Assembly (NCBI GenBank): GCA_002269645.1
Contig: NIVC01001390.1
Span: 1-64,000 of the forward strand
Reading direction: 5' to 3'
Origin: Macrostomum lignano
Lineage: Eukaryota
Length of the DNA: 64,000 nucleotides
Shown: piece by piece, positions 46,291 to 59,424 of the stretch
Layout: each line of letters starts with the position of its first letter
Numbering within the stretch: position 1 is the first letter of the stretch
Notes under the pieces: generated by a model
Databases searched by the model: none
Told to the model about the DNA's origin: nothing
The model's input: the letters and a program-made list of their open reading frames with translations, nothing else
Position numbers and translations under genes: made by a program

Positions 46291-49200
46291 TCTCTTTCAC
46301 TCTCTCTCACTGTATCTCTCTCACTCTCTCTCTCTCTCTCACTCTCTCTTTCTCTCTCTCCTTCCTCTCTGTCTCACTCTCTCTTTTTCCCCCTGTCACT
46401 CTCTCTCTCACTCTCGTTCTCTCTCTTTCTGCCTACTTCTTAGCCTGTATACCTCTCAGCCTGTCTATCTCTCTCCCTGTGTATATTTCTCATTGTCTGT
46501 TTTTCCTAAAATCGTTATTGCTTCTGCCTAAACGCAAAAAACCGCTAATCTTCGGTCAAGTAAAACAAAAAAACAAAAAACCGCTAATCCCTCATCACAA
46601 GTTGTGAAGTTTTTTCTGTAAATCATATATCGATCCTACGAAAGATAAATTAAGATTTCTCTCTTGGAGAGAAGAGGTCGTTCCATTTAGCCAAGTAATT
46701 TAGGCTTAGAGGATTAAGGTGCTAATTTTTTACGAGTTATCAAACTACTAGTCTGTAAAATTCTCGTTAATGACTTGTGTATTCCTGCGCGGTCTCCTTG
46801 AGAATCGATTATTTCGAAAAATTCTCTCATTTTTCCAGTTTTTTTCTCACTAAAGACCCGATTTCAGTTTGCACTGCATCGCATTATGCAGCTTGGCTCA
46901 CCTGGCGACTCACTCGTTTTGCACTTCAGAACGAGATGATCGACTGCTGGCTCTCAGGGGACGAGGCGGCGGTAGTGGAGGCAGCGGGGGGATCTCGGAG
47001 AGACGCAACGCCAACCCCCTGCTGGGCGGGATCGTGAGTGCCACTCTCCCGGACACCTACCAGCGACTGATTGAGCAAAAACTCCCACTAACTCGGGTCC
47101 TCCGGGGGTGAACTGAAATGACTCCTTCTAATCTAAACTTTTTTATAGCATAGAAGCCTAGGAACTGTTTAACTTGAAAACACCACGGGCTTGAAGTTAG
47201 ATTGACCATGGGTGTTGGCTCGCTGTTGTTTTTTTAGGGAAGCAATGCGGTAGGTTTTCTTGGTTGCATCAAGGAAACTGGAAGCGGATGCACTAAAAAA
47301 TTTGCATATTCTCTTCTCTCCTCTCTTCTCACCTCCGTTTTCTTTAATCTCTTCTCTACTCTCTTCTCACCTCCGTTCTCTCTAATCTCTTCTCTCCTCT
47401 CTTCTCACCTCCGTTCTCTCTAATATCTTCTCATCTCCGTTCTCTCTAATCTCTTCTCTACTCTCTTCTCACCTCCGTTTTCTTTAATCTCTTCTCTCCT
47501 CTCTTCTCACCTCCGTTCTCTCTAATCTCTTCTCTCCTCTCTTCTCACCTCCGTTCTCTCTAATATCTTCTCATCTCCGTTCTCTCTAATCTCTTCTCTA
47601 CTCTCTTCTCACCTCCGTTTTCTTTAATCTCTTCTCTCCTCTCTTCTCACCTCCGTTCTCTCTAATCTCTTCTCTCCTCTCTTCTCACCTCCGTTCTCTC
47701 TAATCTCTTCTCTCCTCTCTTCTCTCCTTTCTTCTCACCTCTGTTTTCTCTAACCTCTTCTCTCCTGTCTTCTCCTTTGTTCCCTCTCCTGGCATTTCTC
47801 CTATCTCTCTATTTCTACATGTCTATCTCTATCTCTCTATCTATGTCTCTATCTATCTGGCACCAGGGTGCACCGTTCGCGTGCTGGGGGATAACGGGAA
47901 TAAGCATAAATCTGTGATGGCACTCGTACTATCAATCCGTTGTTTCAATCTTCAGCAATTGCAGCAGCTGCAGCAGCATCAACACTCAATATTGAAGTGG
48001 CGACGCAATTCAGCCAGCCAACTTCGTTCAGCGGTTGCTTGGACAGAGGGTTTTTTCAGTTTTCTAGGCGGAAAAATTCGAATTTAATTGAGCACTAAAC
48101 TTTAGTGTATAAAACGCAAAGAACTGATTATATCTACCTTGTATTTTAACGGGTAGTGGTAGTTTAACGGGTTATTTCGATTTGCAGGTCAAATATTTAA
48201 GTCGCACGGTGTCAGTTTTAAAAAATCGATGCATCAAAAAACCTTTTTAAAATTTTTTATAAAAATTCGTTTGACAGCAAATAATAAATCAACCAGGTGA
48301 TAAAGCTCAACAACTCTTAAACCCCTCAGGACAATCGAGACAAACTGGCTGACTGCTTGAGACTCTGTGAGCACAGCTCGGCAATGCCAAAGCCTGACAA
48401 TCAAGAACAATTGGAGTCGCTAGGTCTCGAGCTCGAACCCTCCTGGGATCGGGTTGTAGCTCCAGAGGTGAGTTTTGTGCCTAAGCGGCTGCATTTTTGA
48501 GTTTTAAAAGAACCACCGAATGCTTGAACAAACCACTGCTTCCAGAACACAACAACCGCCAAGGCTGTGAAACAGCAGGCGGCAATCTGGGAGCTGCTGC
48601 AGACTGAGGTCAATATTTTGAGGCACCTGAAGACTATTATTGAGGTGAGCAGCCTTCTCAAACTTGTGATTCTCAATTTCTCTGTACACTCTGCTTGCCT
48701 CCCACTCTACTTCTGCTGTCACTCTACTTCTCCTTCCACTCTACTACTCCTTTCACTCTACTTCTGCTTCCACTCTACTTCTCCTTCCACTCTACTTCTC
48801 CTTCCACTCTACTTCTCCTTCCACTCGACTTCTGCTTCCACTCTACTTCTCTCACACTCTACTTCTATCCCACTCTACTTCTGCTTCCACTCTACTTCTG
48901 CTTCCACTCTACTTCTGCTTCCACTCTACTTCTGCTTCCACTCTACTTCTCCTTCCACTCGACTTCTGCTTCCACTCTACTTCTGCTTCCACTCTACTTC
49001 TCCTTCCACTCTACTTCTGCTTCCACTCTACTTCTCCTTCCACTCTACTTCTCCTTCCACTCTACTTCTGCTTCCACTCTACTTCTGCTTCCACTCTACT
49101 TCTCCTTCCACTCTACTTCTCCTTCCACTCTACTTCTGCTTCCACTCTACTTCTCTCCCATTCTACTTCTCTTCCAATCTAATTCTCTTCCACTCTACTT

Positions 49201-52200
49201 CTCTTCTAATCTACTTCTATCCCACTCTACTTCTCTTCCAATCTACTACTCTCCCACTCTACTTCTCTCTTACTGATTCGGAGATATTCGAGAACATATT
49301 CGGTTCAGATATATGATGAAGCGGATCTGACCCTTAAGTTGACTCAGTTGATGAAGCAAAAATGGATACTGATTGAAAAATATTCACTCATGGCTCCCAA
49401 CAGATCGAAAGATAATTCCAAACTGCGTGCATGATCATATATAAGTTTCTGGTTGCATTCAGTATTTTTGTTGGAGGCAGCGGGTTACAGATCACAGCAC
49501 ATTAGGGATTTAGGATCAATATTATTCCCATTTGCAGATTAGCACTCATAAATTGGTGAACTCTGAGTGCATATAAGATTCAGCTTTGGTGCTTTAGGAA
49601 GATTTGGGAAGATGAGAAAGATGGGCACTGGGACAGGCACTCAGACAGACACTGAGACAGGCACTGCGACACACACTGCGACACACACTGAGACACACAC
49701 TGAGACACACACTGAGACACACACTGAGGCAGACACTGAGCCACACACTGAGCCACACACTGAGCCACACACTGAGACACACACTGAGGCAGACACTGAG
49801 ACACACACTGAGACACACACTGAGACACACACTGAGCCACACACTGAGATACACACTGAGCCACACACTAAGCCACACACTGAGCCACACTAAGCCACAC
49901 ACTGAGCCACACACTGAGATACACACTGAGCCACACACTGAGCCACACACTGAGCCACACACTGAGCCACACACTGAGATACACACTGAGCCACACACTA
50001 AGCCACACACTGAGCCACACACTGAGATACACACTGAGCCACACACTGAGATACACACTGAGCCACACACTAAGCCACACACTGAGCCACACTAAGCCAC
50101 ACACTGAGCCACACACTGAGATACACACTGAGCCACACACTGAGCCACACACTGAGCCACACACTGAGCCACACACTGAGCCACACACTGAGATACACAC
50201 TGAGCCACACACTGAGGCAGACACTGAGCCACACACTGAGATACACACTGAGCCACACACTGAGGCAGACACTGAGCCACACACTGAGATACACACTGAG
50301 CCACACACTGAGACAGACACTGAGACACACACTGAGACACACACTGAGCTACACACTGAGACAGACACTGAGCCACACTGAGACAGACACTGAGCCACAC
50401 ACTGAGACACACACTGAGACAGACACTGAGCCACACACTGAGACACACACTGAGACACACACTGAGGCAGACACTGAGCCACACACTGAGATACACACTG
50501 AGCCACACACTGAGACAGACACTGAGACACACACTGAGCTACACACTGAGCTACACACTGAGACAGACACTGAGCCACACTGAGACAGACACTGAGCCAC
50601 ACACTGAGACACACACTGAGCCACACACTGAGCCACACACTGAGACACACACTGAGACAGACACTGAGACACACACTGAGACAGACCACCCCCCTCCCCG
50701 CAAATGCAGGTGCACATGACGGTCCTGAGGCACCTGCAGAGCAGCGCAAATCTCCTGGCTGACGTCAGCTCCGACCAGCTGTTTCCCGGCATCCTGCCAG
50801 TCTTCCAGGCTCACCGGGCCCTATGGACGGAGCACCTGCAACCGGCTCTGGTGTCAGCCAGACAGTCTGGATTGCCAATGCGACGACAGCGTTCTATCGA
50901 GGCTTCACGAGTTTCCGCGAAATATTCGCCCCGTCAGCGCAGTACTGCCTGCGAATTGCCGAGGCCAAGGACTACTTAAAGAGTCTGGAAAAGAACGAAG
51001 TGTTTGCAGACTTTCTTAAGGTACAGCTGTCATTTGCGAATTGAAATTCTATTAAATTTACTTAAAGTAGTGTTTGCTCACGATATTCGACTCAAACTTT
51101 CAGGTACCACTATACCAAAATATACGCGCCATTCTATCCCAAAATTTGGCGCCATTATACCTCAACATTTAACGCCATTCCATCCCAACGTTTGGCGCCA
51201 TTCTACCCCAACATTTGGTGCCATTCCATCCCAACATTTTGCGCCATTCTACCCCAATATTTGGTGTCGTTCTATCCCAACATTTGACGCCATTCTATCC
51301 CAACATTTGGGGCCATTCAATCTTAACATTTGGCGCCATTCCATCCCAACATTTGGCGCCATTCTACTCCAACATTTAGCGCCAATTTTCCCCAGTATTG
51401 GCCGCCATTTTACTTTTCGTCATTTTACACTCCTAATTTCAAATGCATTGTTGCCTTAATCTCACTTTCGAGTTTGAATAGTCATTTTAACAAAAATTTA
51501 CGAGATTAAATTTCACTATGCGACCACCGCCACTCGTTCCAGTGGGCGCAGAGAGTCAGCCAGCGAAATTACAACTCCGAGGACGGTGCGGTGGACCTGC
51601 AGCTTGGCTCACTGCTCACCATGCCCCTACAGCGGGTGATGAAGTACGGCCTGCTGCTGCAGGAGATTCTGCGACACACAGAAGATGGAGAGGAACGGCT
51701 GGCTTTGGAATCGATGGTTGGTTTAACTTTTGACATGAGTAAATTTGTCTTAGATAAGGGCTGATTAACCCATGCATTCATTTTGAGGGTTGTTGACGAT
51801 TAGAAAGTCAGGGCTAATGTACACCCTGTGTGAGCGTGTGTATGAGTGCTGTGCCTGCGTACGGTATTGTCGCGCTTGTGTCTACTTAGGAGTCATTTAA
51901 AATAATTTTTTGCAATACGCAACAGGCCTGAATTTCTTCTTTTTTGACAACAGATCAGTCACGTGACGTCGTTCTGCAATGAGTTGAACTCAACATATCG
52001 GGCCAAATGCGACCAGGCAGAGCTGCGAGGAGTGGCAGATCGAATCGAGGACGCCAAGCTGCCTGACTGGATCGACGGCCTGGGAGACGAGACTGCAACT
52101 GTGCTGGAGTCCTACAGGCTCAACTTGATGAGGCCAATGCCGCACAATGGACAGTTGAGAAGGAGAATCTCTGAAGGCGACGTCAGATTCAAGGACGAAA

Positions 52201-54529
52201 AGGGGAAGGTGAGCAAGGCATTCACCTTGACCACTTGAGCTACTTGATTATCTTGCAGTCATTTAGCTGGTTGAGTGTGCTAAATCCTACATATAGCTAT
52301 TTACAGATTATAGCACAGTTGTTACACTGGCTATTAAATTAATAAATCAGACATGTTTTTGTTCCACCATTTTAAACAAAAATTTCTATTCTACACTACG
52401 AACTCAGTGGAACGACGCCAAGTGCCTGCTGTTCACCGATCTGCTGCTCCTAGCCAAAAGCAGCAAGCGCAACAGTCTTCGGTTGCTGAGACCGCCGCTG
52501 CGTCTGGACCGGCTTGTGTTGCACAAGCTTAGCGACCCGAATAGTGAGTTTCAATCAGATTTAATACAGTATAGCTACATGGCTGCATCTCGTGGTTGTT
52601 GAGAATTTCAAGCGTCCATCATGCCAAGGCCACATATGGTTAAAATAATTTTGCTGAGATGCCATGGCTCAATGGGGAGTTGCTGAGATGCCAATTTGCT
52701 CAATAGAGAGTTGCTGTGATGCCATGGCTCAATGGAGAGTTGCTTAGATGCCATGGCTCAATGGAGAGTTGCTTAGATGCCATGGCTCAATGGAGAGTTG
52801 CTGAGATGCCTTGGTTCAATGGAGAGTTGCTGAGATGCCATGGTCAATGTGGGAGTTGCTGAGATGCCAGGGTCAATGTGGGAGTTGCTGAGATGCCAGG
52901 GTCAATGTGGGAGTTGCTGAGATGCCATGGCTCAATGGGGAGTTGCTGAGATGCCATGGTCAATGTGGGAGTTGCTGAGATACCAATTGGCTCAATGGGG
53001 AGTTGCTGAGATGCCATGGCTCAATGTGGGAGTTGCTGAGATGCCATGGCTCAATGGAGAGTTGCTGAGATGCCTTGGTTCAATGGAGAGTTGCTGAGAT
53101 GCCATGGTCAATGTGGGAGTTGCTGAGATGCCAGGGTCAATGTGGGAGTTGCTGAGATGCCAGGGTCAATGTGGGAGTTGCTGAGATGCCATGGCTCAAT
53201 GGAGAGTTGCTGAGATGCCATGGCTCAATGGGGAGTTGCTGAGATGCCATGGCTCAATGTGGGAGTTGCTGAGATGCCATGGCTCAATGGGGAGTTGCTG
53301 AGATGCCAATTGGCTCAATGGGGAGTTGCTGAGATGCCATGGCTCAATGGGGAGTTGCTGAGATGCCAATTGGCTCAATGGAGAGTTGCTGTGATGCCAT
53401 GGCTCAATGGAGAGTTGCTGAGATGCCAATTGGCTCAATGGGGAGTTGCTGAGATGCCATGGCTCAATGGAGAGTTGCTGAGATGCCATGGCTCAATGGG
53501 GAGTTGCTGAGATGCCATGGCTCAATGTGGGAGTTGCTGAGATGCCATGGCTCAATGGGGAGTTGCTGAGATGCCAATTGGCTCAATGGGGAGTTGCTGA
53601 GATGCCATGGCTCAATGGGGAGTTGCTGAGATGCCAATTGGCTCAATGGAGAGTTGCTGTGATGCCATGGCTCAATGGAGAGTTGCTGAGATGCCAATTG
53701 GCTCAATGGGGAGTTGCTGAGATGCCATGGCTCAATGGAGAGTTGCTGTGATGCCATGGCTCAATGGAGAGTTGCTGAGATGCTATGGCTCAATGGGGGA
53801 GCTGCTGAGATGCCAGGGTCAATGTGGGAGTTGCTGAAATGCCATGGCTCAATGGAGAGTTGCTGAGATGCCAAGGCTCAATTGAGAGTTGCTGGGATGC
53901 TTCGATTCTTCGAACCGAAACCGAATTTTAAACCGAATTTCTTCTCCACAGATTCCTTACTTCTAGTGGCTCTCACTGATTTTGGCAGCGTTGACTGCCT
54001 GATGTGCCTCGCCTGCGATAGTCAGAAGGCAACGGACGAGTGGAGTGATCGAATTTCGCAGGCCAGGATTCTGCTTGCGGCACAGCTGCAGCAGCAGCAA
54101 CAACAGCTGCAGCAGCAGAAGACGGTCGCTCTGCAACCCAGCGCTCCGTCCCTGCAGCCTCAAACCAGCGTCGACGCAGTACGATTGCGTAATCATCATC
54201 AGCAGCATCCGGTGCATCAACAGCAACAACGCTCGGCAACTGTTGCCATAGCAACCAGCAGCTACTCAACTATTAGTAGCAATAGCAGCCAGCAATTACA
54301 CTATACTAGGAGTAGCGGCGATATGGAGTCGTTATTGACCACAACAATATCGGTTACTCATCATCACCAGCAACAGCAGCAGCACCAGCGTTATACTACT
54401 CACTTGAGTAGTTTCACTGATGTTGAGCCGGCGACTATTGATAGTACGGGAACTGGGAGCGTTGGCATTGCTGCAGCCAGTGCTGTTTCCGGAGTAGAAG
54501 ATCAGCAAGATGCAAGGAGAAGCTCGTAA
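36817..54529 (+). CDS. PLEKHG5: DH-PH Rho guanine nucleotide exchange factor, PLEKHG5/6/7 family
   Basis: DH/PH exons 48330-48467 (LELEPSW), 48546-48644 (QQAAIWELLQTE), 50710-51020 (1-bp frameshift), 51543-51716 (LLTMPLQRVMKYGLLLQEI), 51954-52208, 52408-52543 (CLLFTDLLLLAK...LLRPPLRLDRL), 53952-54529. N-terminal exons 36817-36956, 38230-38317, 38847-39263, 41875-41894, 42470-42591 are phase-compatible; exons between 44.5 and 48.1 kb are only partly resolved. Confidence 0.85.
37345..37935. repeat. 30-bp minisatellite, RhoGEF intron 1
   Basis: caacagccaccagaggctgctcttgcaagt repeats. Confidence 0.95.
38395..38823. repeat. ~21-bp minisatellite (accctacaggctgaccctaca)
   Basis: Direct reading; ends about 20 bp before the acceptor at 38846. 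Confidence 0.93.
39368..41832. repeat. ~35-bp minisatellite (caccattctctgcccacacaccctctccctcactg) followed by an 18-bp array
   Basis: Direct reading. Confidence 0.96.
42747..44485. repeat. 15-bp minisatellite (cctgacacccatatt) with higher-order blocks
   Basis: Direct reading. Confidence 0.96.
44955..45250 (-). repeat. Inverted copy of the atgagtgagttc 12-bp satellite
   Basis: gaactcactcat repeats. Confidence 0.92.
45955..46430. repeat. (CT)n-rich microsatellite region
   Basis: Direct reading. Confidence 0.9.
47310..47760. repeat. 38-bp pyrimidine minisatellite
   Basis: ctcttctcacctccgttctctctaatctcttctctcct repeats. Confidence 0.9.
48700..49265. repeat. 17-bp minisatellite (cttccactctacttctg)
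   Basis: Direct reading. Confidence 0.93.
49630..50685. repeat. 12-bp minisatellite (actgagccacac)
   Basis: Direct reading; ends about 25 bp before the acceptor at 50709. Confidence 0.95.
51125..51410. repeat. Degenerate 23-bp minisatellite (tttggcgccattctatcccaaca)
   Basis: Direct reading. Confidence 0.85.
52645..53885. repeat. 29/30-bp minisatellite (ggagttgctgagatgccatggctcaatgg)
   Basis: Direct reading; contains a 268-bp higher-order duplication (identical ORFs at 53196 and 53464). Confidence 0.95.
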
Positions 54530-54674
54530 GAATTATGGATATAACTGTTATATTTTCGCATACATATATTAGGCAATATGTGAAAAAGTACAGCTTTTTA
54601 ACATCAATTTATCTCCTTAGTGGGGTGGACAATGGCGAAAACTACCAGTTCAGGAAAAAGGATTTTAATTTGAA

Positions 54675-55510
54675 AAGAGGTTGACACTTCAAAAAGGATG
54701 GTTGACACTACATGAAGGATGGTTGACACTACATGAAGGATGGTTGACACTACATGAAGGATGGTTGACACTTCAAAAAGGATGGTTGACACTTTAGAAA
54801 GGATAGTTGACACTTCAAAAAGGATGGTTGACACTTTGGGAAGGATGGTTGACACTTTGAGAAGGATGGTTGACACTTTGGGAAGGATGGTTGACACTTT
54901 GGGAAGGATGGTTGACACTTTGGGAAGGATGGTTGACACTTTGGGAAGGATGGTTGACACTTTGGCAAGGATGGTTGACACTTTGGGAAGGATGGTTGAC
55001 ACTTTGGCAAGGATGGTTGACACTTTGGGAAGGATGGTTGACACTTTGGGAAGGATGGTTGACACTTTGGAAAGGATGGTTGACACTTTGGGAAGGATGG
55101 TTGACACTTTGGCAAGGATGGTTGACACTTTGGCAAGGATGGTTGACACTTTGGGAAGGATGGTTGACACTTTGGCAAGGATGGTTGACACTTTGGGAAG
55201 GATGGTTGACACTTTGGGAAGGATGGTTGACACTTTGGGAAGGATGGTTGACACTTTGGCAAGGATGGTTGACACTTTGGGAAGGATGGTTGACACTTTG
55301 GGAAGGATGGTTGACACTTTGGGAAGGATGGTTGACACTTTGGGAAGGATGGTTGACACTTTGGGAAGGATGGTTGACACTTTGGGAAGGATGGTTGACA
55401 CTTTGGGAAGGATGGTTGACACTTTGGGAAGGATGGTTGACACTTTGGGAAGGATGGTTGACACTTTAGGAAGGATGGTTGACACTTTGGGAAGGATGAT
55501 TGACACTTCA
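54675..55510. repeat. 21-bp minisatellite (ggatggttgacactttgggaa) downstream of the RhoGEF stop
   Basis: Direct reading. Confidence 0.96.
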
Positions 55511-56754
55511 GAAAGGTGCAGCGTGCTTTTCGCTTTAAGAGGCGCCACTTCACTTCAGTTAAAGTACCGAAGCTCTTTTTTATATCCGCATGGTTCTTTA
55601 AGATATTTGAAAGAGGTTTAGACTTCTGCCTGAATTCATATCTCTAGAACAGGCTGAATCAGGTATGTAGTTATTGTTTAGTAACTCCAGATTATTAAAA
55701 CTATTCGTAATCGCTAACTTTCAGACACGTGTGACCGATGCATATCCATGACTGCAAACAATGGAATCAAAATGCGTAAAAATGCTAGAAAGGTACATGA
55801 AAAAACTTCTAAACACTGATATTCGACCAACGGTTTTGAGTGGGCATTTTTTGTTTAACTATATTGACTCTAATTCATATACATGCGATGGTAGTACCTA
55901 TATAGTTCTGTAGCCATGCATGTAATTCTCTAAATTTACAAACGGAATTTGATAAAGTAATTGACTATATCTAGATCTGTATACTTTAGGTTAAGTAGAA
56001 ACATTTTGCATGAACATGTACATAGTATGTGTTCTGTATATAATGTTTACTCTAATATTTTATGTTTTGTGTAGCTTTTGTTTATTGTACATTCAAAATT
56101 AATTATATGTGCAGCACGGCCTAAAAAAGCAAATTCAAATTAACAACTGATTGAGCCTACCTAACCGCGCACTTCATTAACTTACTCATGGCTATCGTAT
56201 TTTGTGTCGCATAATAGTTTTATATTTAAAAGACAGTAAAAATTACTTCATAAAACCACATAATTGTGTATATTATCAGGCAAATAATATTTCGTAATGA
56301 TGTGATTTAATAGTCAATTTATTGCTCTTCAACTGTAAACTTTGTGTAGTGCCAGCGGTCTCTGAAGGTTACAGAAAAGAGCAAAAAGTTTTTGATGAGA
56401 TACTAAGCTCAAATTATATGCTTTAAAGCGAGTATCTTGTAACTATTGCACTGACAACGGCTTATTTTTCACATCACGATTAGATCATGCATATTTTGCC
56501 GATCTGTATATAGCGCTACATCCAGCAAAGATGTAAAACTTGAGACGACGGGTTTTTCTACAATTTTTTTCAGTCGTTAGATACTTGATTTAAAAGCTTC
56601 ATATAAACGCACATGGACACGCCATATATCTAATTGTAAGTTCTATGAAATACTTGTTTTGCCGTGGGAAATTCTGGTACGCCCAGGGGTGCGCAGACCG
56701 CGGCGCCCGGTGGCCTGTGGCCGGTAGCGGGGCGCACTAGTAGTAATAGGAAAT

Positions 56755-56990
56755 TACACACAACCCCGAATTTTACATTATAGAACAAATAGGAAGGTAT
56801 CCGTCAAAAATTTCAATACACACAACCCCGACTTTTACATTACAAAATGAATAGGAAGGTATCCGTCAGAATTTTCGTTACACACATCCCCTGTTTCTAT
56901 ATTACAAAATGAATAGGACGGTTCCCACCATAAACGCAGTACGCAAAGACCCAATTTTCGCACTGCAAAACAAATCGGACTGTATCCGAT
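56755..56990. repeat. Four ~62-bp subterminal direct repeats within the presumed TIR
   Basis: tacacacaaccccgaattttacatta...aataggaaggtatccgtc starts at 56755, 56817 and 56879, with a degenerate copy at 56940. Confidence 0.85.
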
Positions 56991-57531
56991 TGTATTTTAT
57001 CACATTTGGCCAAATGCGAATCTACTGGGTTGTATGGCATAAATAAATTTTCACACACGCAGCCTTTATTGGTCTTATTTCGTGATCAGTATAATCAGGA
57101 ACCAAATCAAGCCTTTCATGATTATTGTCTGTATATTTTACTGTTATCAAAACGAGTTGTTTGTATTGGATAGTCAGTACGATCGATTACAGCAAGGATA
57201 CATAACTACGCAGACTCCGGTATAATCGCAAATAATAATTTATTGAACGAATTTTCTCTCGCCCCGCAAACAATCAGGAAGTAACAGCCGGATTGCATCT
57301 GAATAAAGACCGGTAATGCAAAACATTTGAGCGATTCTACACAAAAAAACAGTCGGAGTGCCTTGGATTTAATATAATGTATCTAAACTACGCTCGTATT
57401 TTGGGATAATAAAAACTGAGGTTAAACCATCACGACAAACCATTGCAACGATATATAACTGCGGTAAAACCAATTGAATCGAGAAGCGCGCGCAGGATTA
57501 AGAGCATCATGTAAAAACTAACGATTCTGCA

Positions 57532-58095
57532 TTACAAGAACAGAGGCAACACATGTGCTGCAAAGCGTCGCAGGCAAAAATACGCGCGCCGAAATTCATT
57601 CCTTCGACGAGACCCACAACCAAGAATACGCGTTAAAAAGAATCGAAGGCTACCACCACGAGTCAGTTTGAAATACAAATAAAACAACACCCAAATACCA
57701 CAATGACCAGTCCGAGGATCCTGAATAGCAAATCGGCTGTAGGACCAATTTTGAAAATCCCCACATTCTCGCCCCAACCACCGTCTAATATTTTCGGGCG
57801 GATTTAAACCAAGCGAATCAAAATACTCCCCGACTCTTCGTCCACGGCGCCCCCTAACCCGCCTGCCACTCACCCAAACTGCAACCCAATGCCTACCAGG
57901 AAGATTCGAAGTGTCTGTATTCGCCACAAAGAAATAGTTTTTACCATCTAAAGGTAATTGTCCAAGAGTTCTAATCGAGTCCTGAGGATACACACCCAAA
58001 AAGACAACACTAAACAATCCCATGCAGAGTTTGGTAATAGTCGACCGCAAGAATCTGTCACTGACACCCTGCAACATGTTCAGATTCACTTCCAT
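57532..58095 (-). CDS. Adenain-like cysteine protease (Polinton PRO)
   Basis: ANTDTSNLPGRHWVAVWV (His), EYFDSLG (Asp), IQDPRTGHCGIWVLFYL (Gln, Cys); 187 aa. Confidence 0.92.
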   Translation of the reverse strand: MEVNLNMLQGVSDRFLRSTITKLCMGLFSVVFLGVYPQDSIRTLGQLPLDGKNYFFVANTDTSNLPGRHWVAVWVSGRRVRGRRGRRVGEYFDSLGLNPPENIRRWLGRECGDFQNWSYSRFAIQDPRTGHCGIWVLFYLYFKLTRGGSLRFFLTRILGCGSRRRNEFRRAYFCLRRFAAHVLPLFL

Positions 58096-59411
58096 GCTGT
58101 GCCCGGCACGACGTCGCGAAGCTCCGTAATCTGCAGCTGCTTGTCAAATAGACCACCGAATATTACATTGTAGACAACGCTTGTTGCTTGAGCGAAGCGC
58201 AACTCCAACTTTACATTGCCTTCCTTATAGAGCTGAGCACCATGGCCAACACCAGGCTCGCTTCCCAACGCAAACGCGAAAATCGAGTACCCACTGCCAT
58301 AGTCCTCCATTGTAAAGCCAACGTCGCGTCCTTGCAGATACAAGCCCAACTGCTGCACCAGATAGGTATATTCTGTCACACAACCACCTGCACCAAAATT
58401 CGTCTGCAGAGGCCGCGAAGGGACGGACTCCCCGTTCACAAACACACCAATGCTGTTGAGATTTGCATGCTCGAAATTGAACGGATTTGTATCCATACTT
58501 CCGTTAAAAGCCTTGTTGTTCACAAAGGCTACCAGAAGTAACCTCGGCACCCCGCTCGGGAACAAATTCTCGTGCGTATGACTGGACGATCCGCGCGGAA
58601 TAGTAAACGTGCCAAGACTCAAGCTACGGTGTGGATACAAAGCATTGTGGCTTTTCAAACCATGCGCATGCGCTCCAAGTACACTGGGGGACGGTTCCAC
58701 AAAACGAACACGCAGCTCCGCTTGAAGGATAGATATAGTATAGTCCTTCAATTCAACACCTGTTCCGATTGCCGAACCACTCAGAACGAACTTACTCTTC
58801 GCTGGTAGGAACTTGAGTCGTAGTGGAGTTTTTGAGAGCATATACCGCGGCTGCCGAAACAAATCGAGGAACAGAGGTCCAGACACAGTGCACTGTTTAT
58901 TGTCCGCAATCAGAGCCTTCCGCTTCACCCGTCCACTATTTCCCGTAGTACCATCCATTTGTCCAGCAGTATCCTTGTAAAAGCCCCAAGGAGCCAAAGC
59001 AGTCTTCTGTGCAACACTTCCATACTCCAGCAGAGTCAGTAGCATTGCCTTGTACGGATACATAAAAGTTCCACCTTCCACCACAGTGTCCCCAATATTG
59101 AATTGCACATCCTCGAAAAGACTCGCAATCGCCAAATTGTTGAGGCACACGTTGTTCTTTGCCGCATCAATAGCCGCTCCGTCAGCATCACTCACCCGAA
59201 ACTTGACACTCAAGACCGTCTCACGCAGGTCAATATACAAATCACCTGCAGGCACTATTTCAAACTCTATTGGCGAACCCTGACCGATGCCATGTTGCGG
59301 TTGTATTGTGGTGTAACGACTATCCACCACACTAAACTGAACAGGCGTCGAATCGAACAGCGACAATTCACTCTTGAGCGCAGCGATATCCGGCCCCAGC
59401 AGCTGATTCAT
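58086..59411 (-). CDS. Polinton major capsid protein (PY, double jelly-roll)
   Basis: 441 aa from the ATG at 59411: KSELSLF...PIEFEI...YIDLRET...YPYKAMLLTLLEYG...GPLFLDLFRQPRY...NPFNFEH...GNVKLELRFA. Confidence 0.9.
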   Translation of the reverse strand: MNQLLGPDIAALKSELSLFDSTPVQFSVVDSRYTTIQPQHGIGQGSPIEFEIVPAGDLYIDLRETVLSVKFRVSDADGAAIDAAKNNVCLNNLAIASLFEDVQFNIGDTVVEGGTFMYPYKAMLLTLLEYGSVAQKTALAPWGFYKDTAGQMDGTTGNSGRVKRKALIADNKQCTVSGPLFLDLFRQPRYMLSKTPLRLKFLPAKSKFVLSGSAIGTGVELKDYTISILQAELRVRFVEPSPSVLGAHAHGLKSHNALYPHRSLSLGTFTIPRGSSSHTHENLFPSGVPRLLLVAFVNNKAFNGSMDTNPFNFEHANLNSIGVFVNGESVPSRPLQTNFGAGGCVTEYTYLVQQLGLYLQGRDVGFTMEDYGSGYSIFAFALGSEPGVGHGAQLYKEGNVKLELRFAQATSVVYNVIFGGLFDKQLQITELRDVVPGTAWK

Positions 59412-59424
59412 AATAAACGATCGG

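Noticed and set aside
54604-55621. MVDTLGR / KVSTILP heptad-repeat proteins
   Set aside because: 21-bp satellite open in several frames, downstream of the RhoGEF stop.
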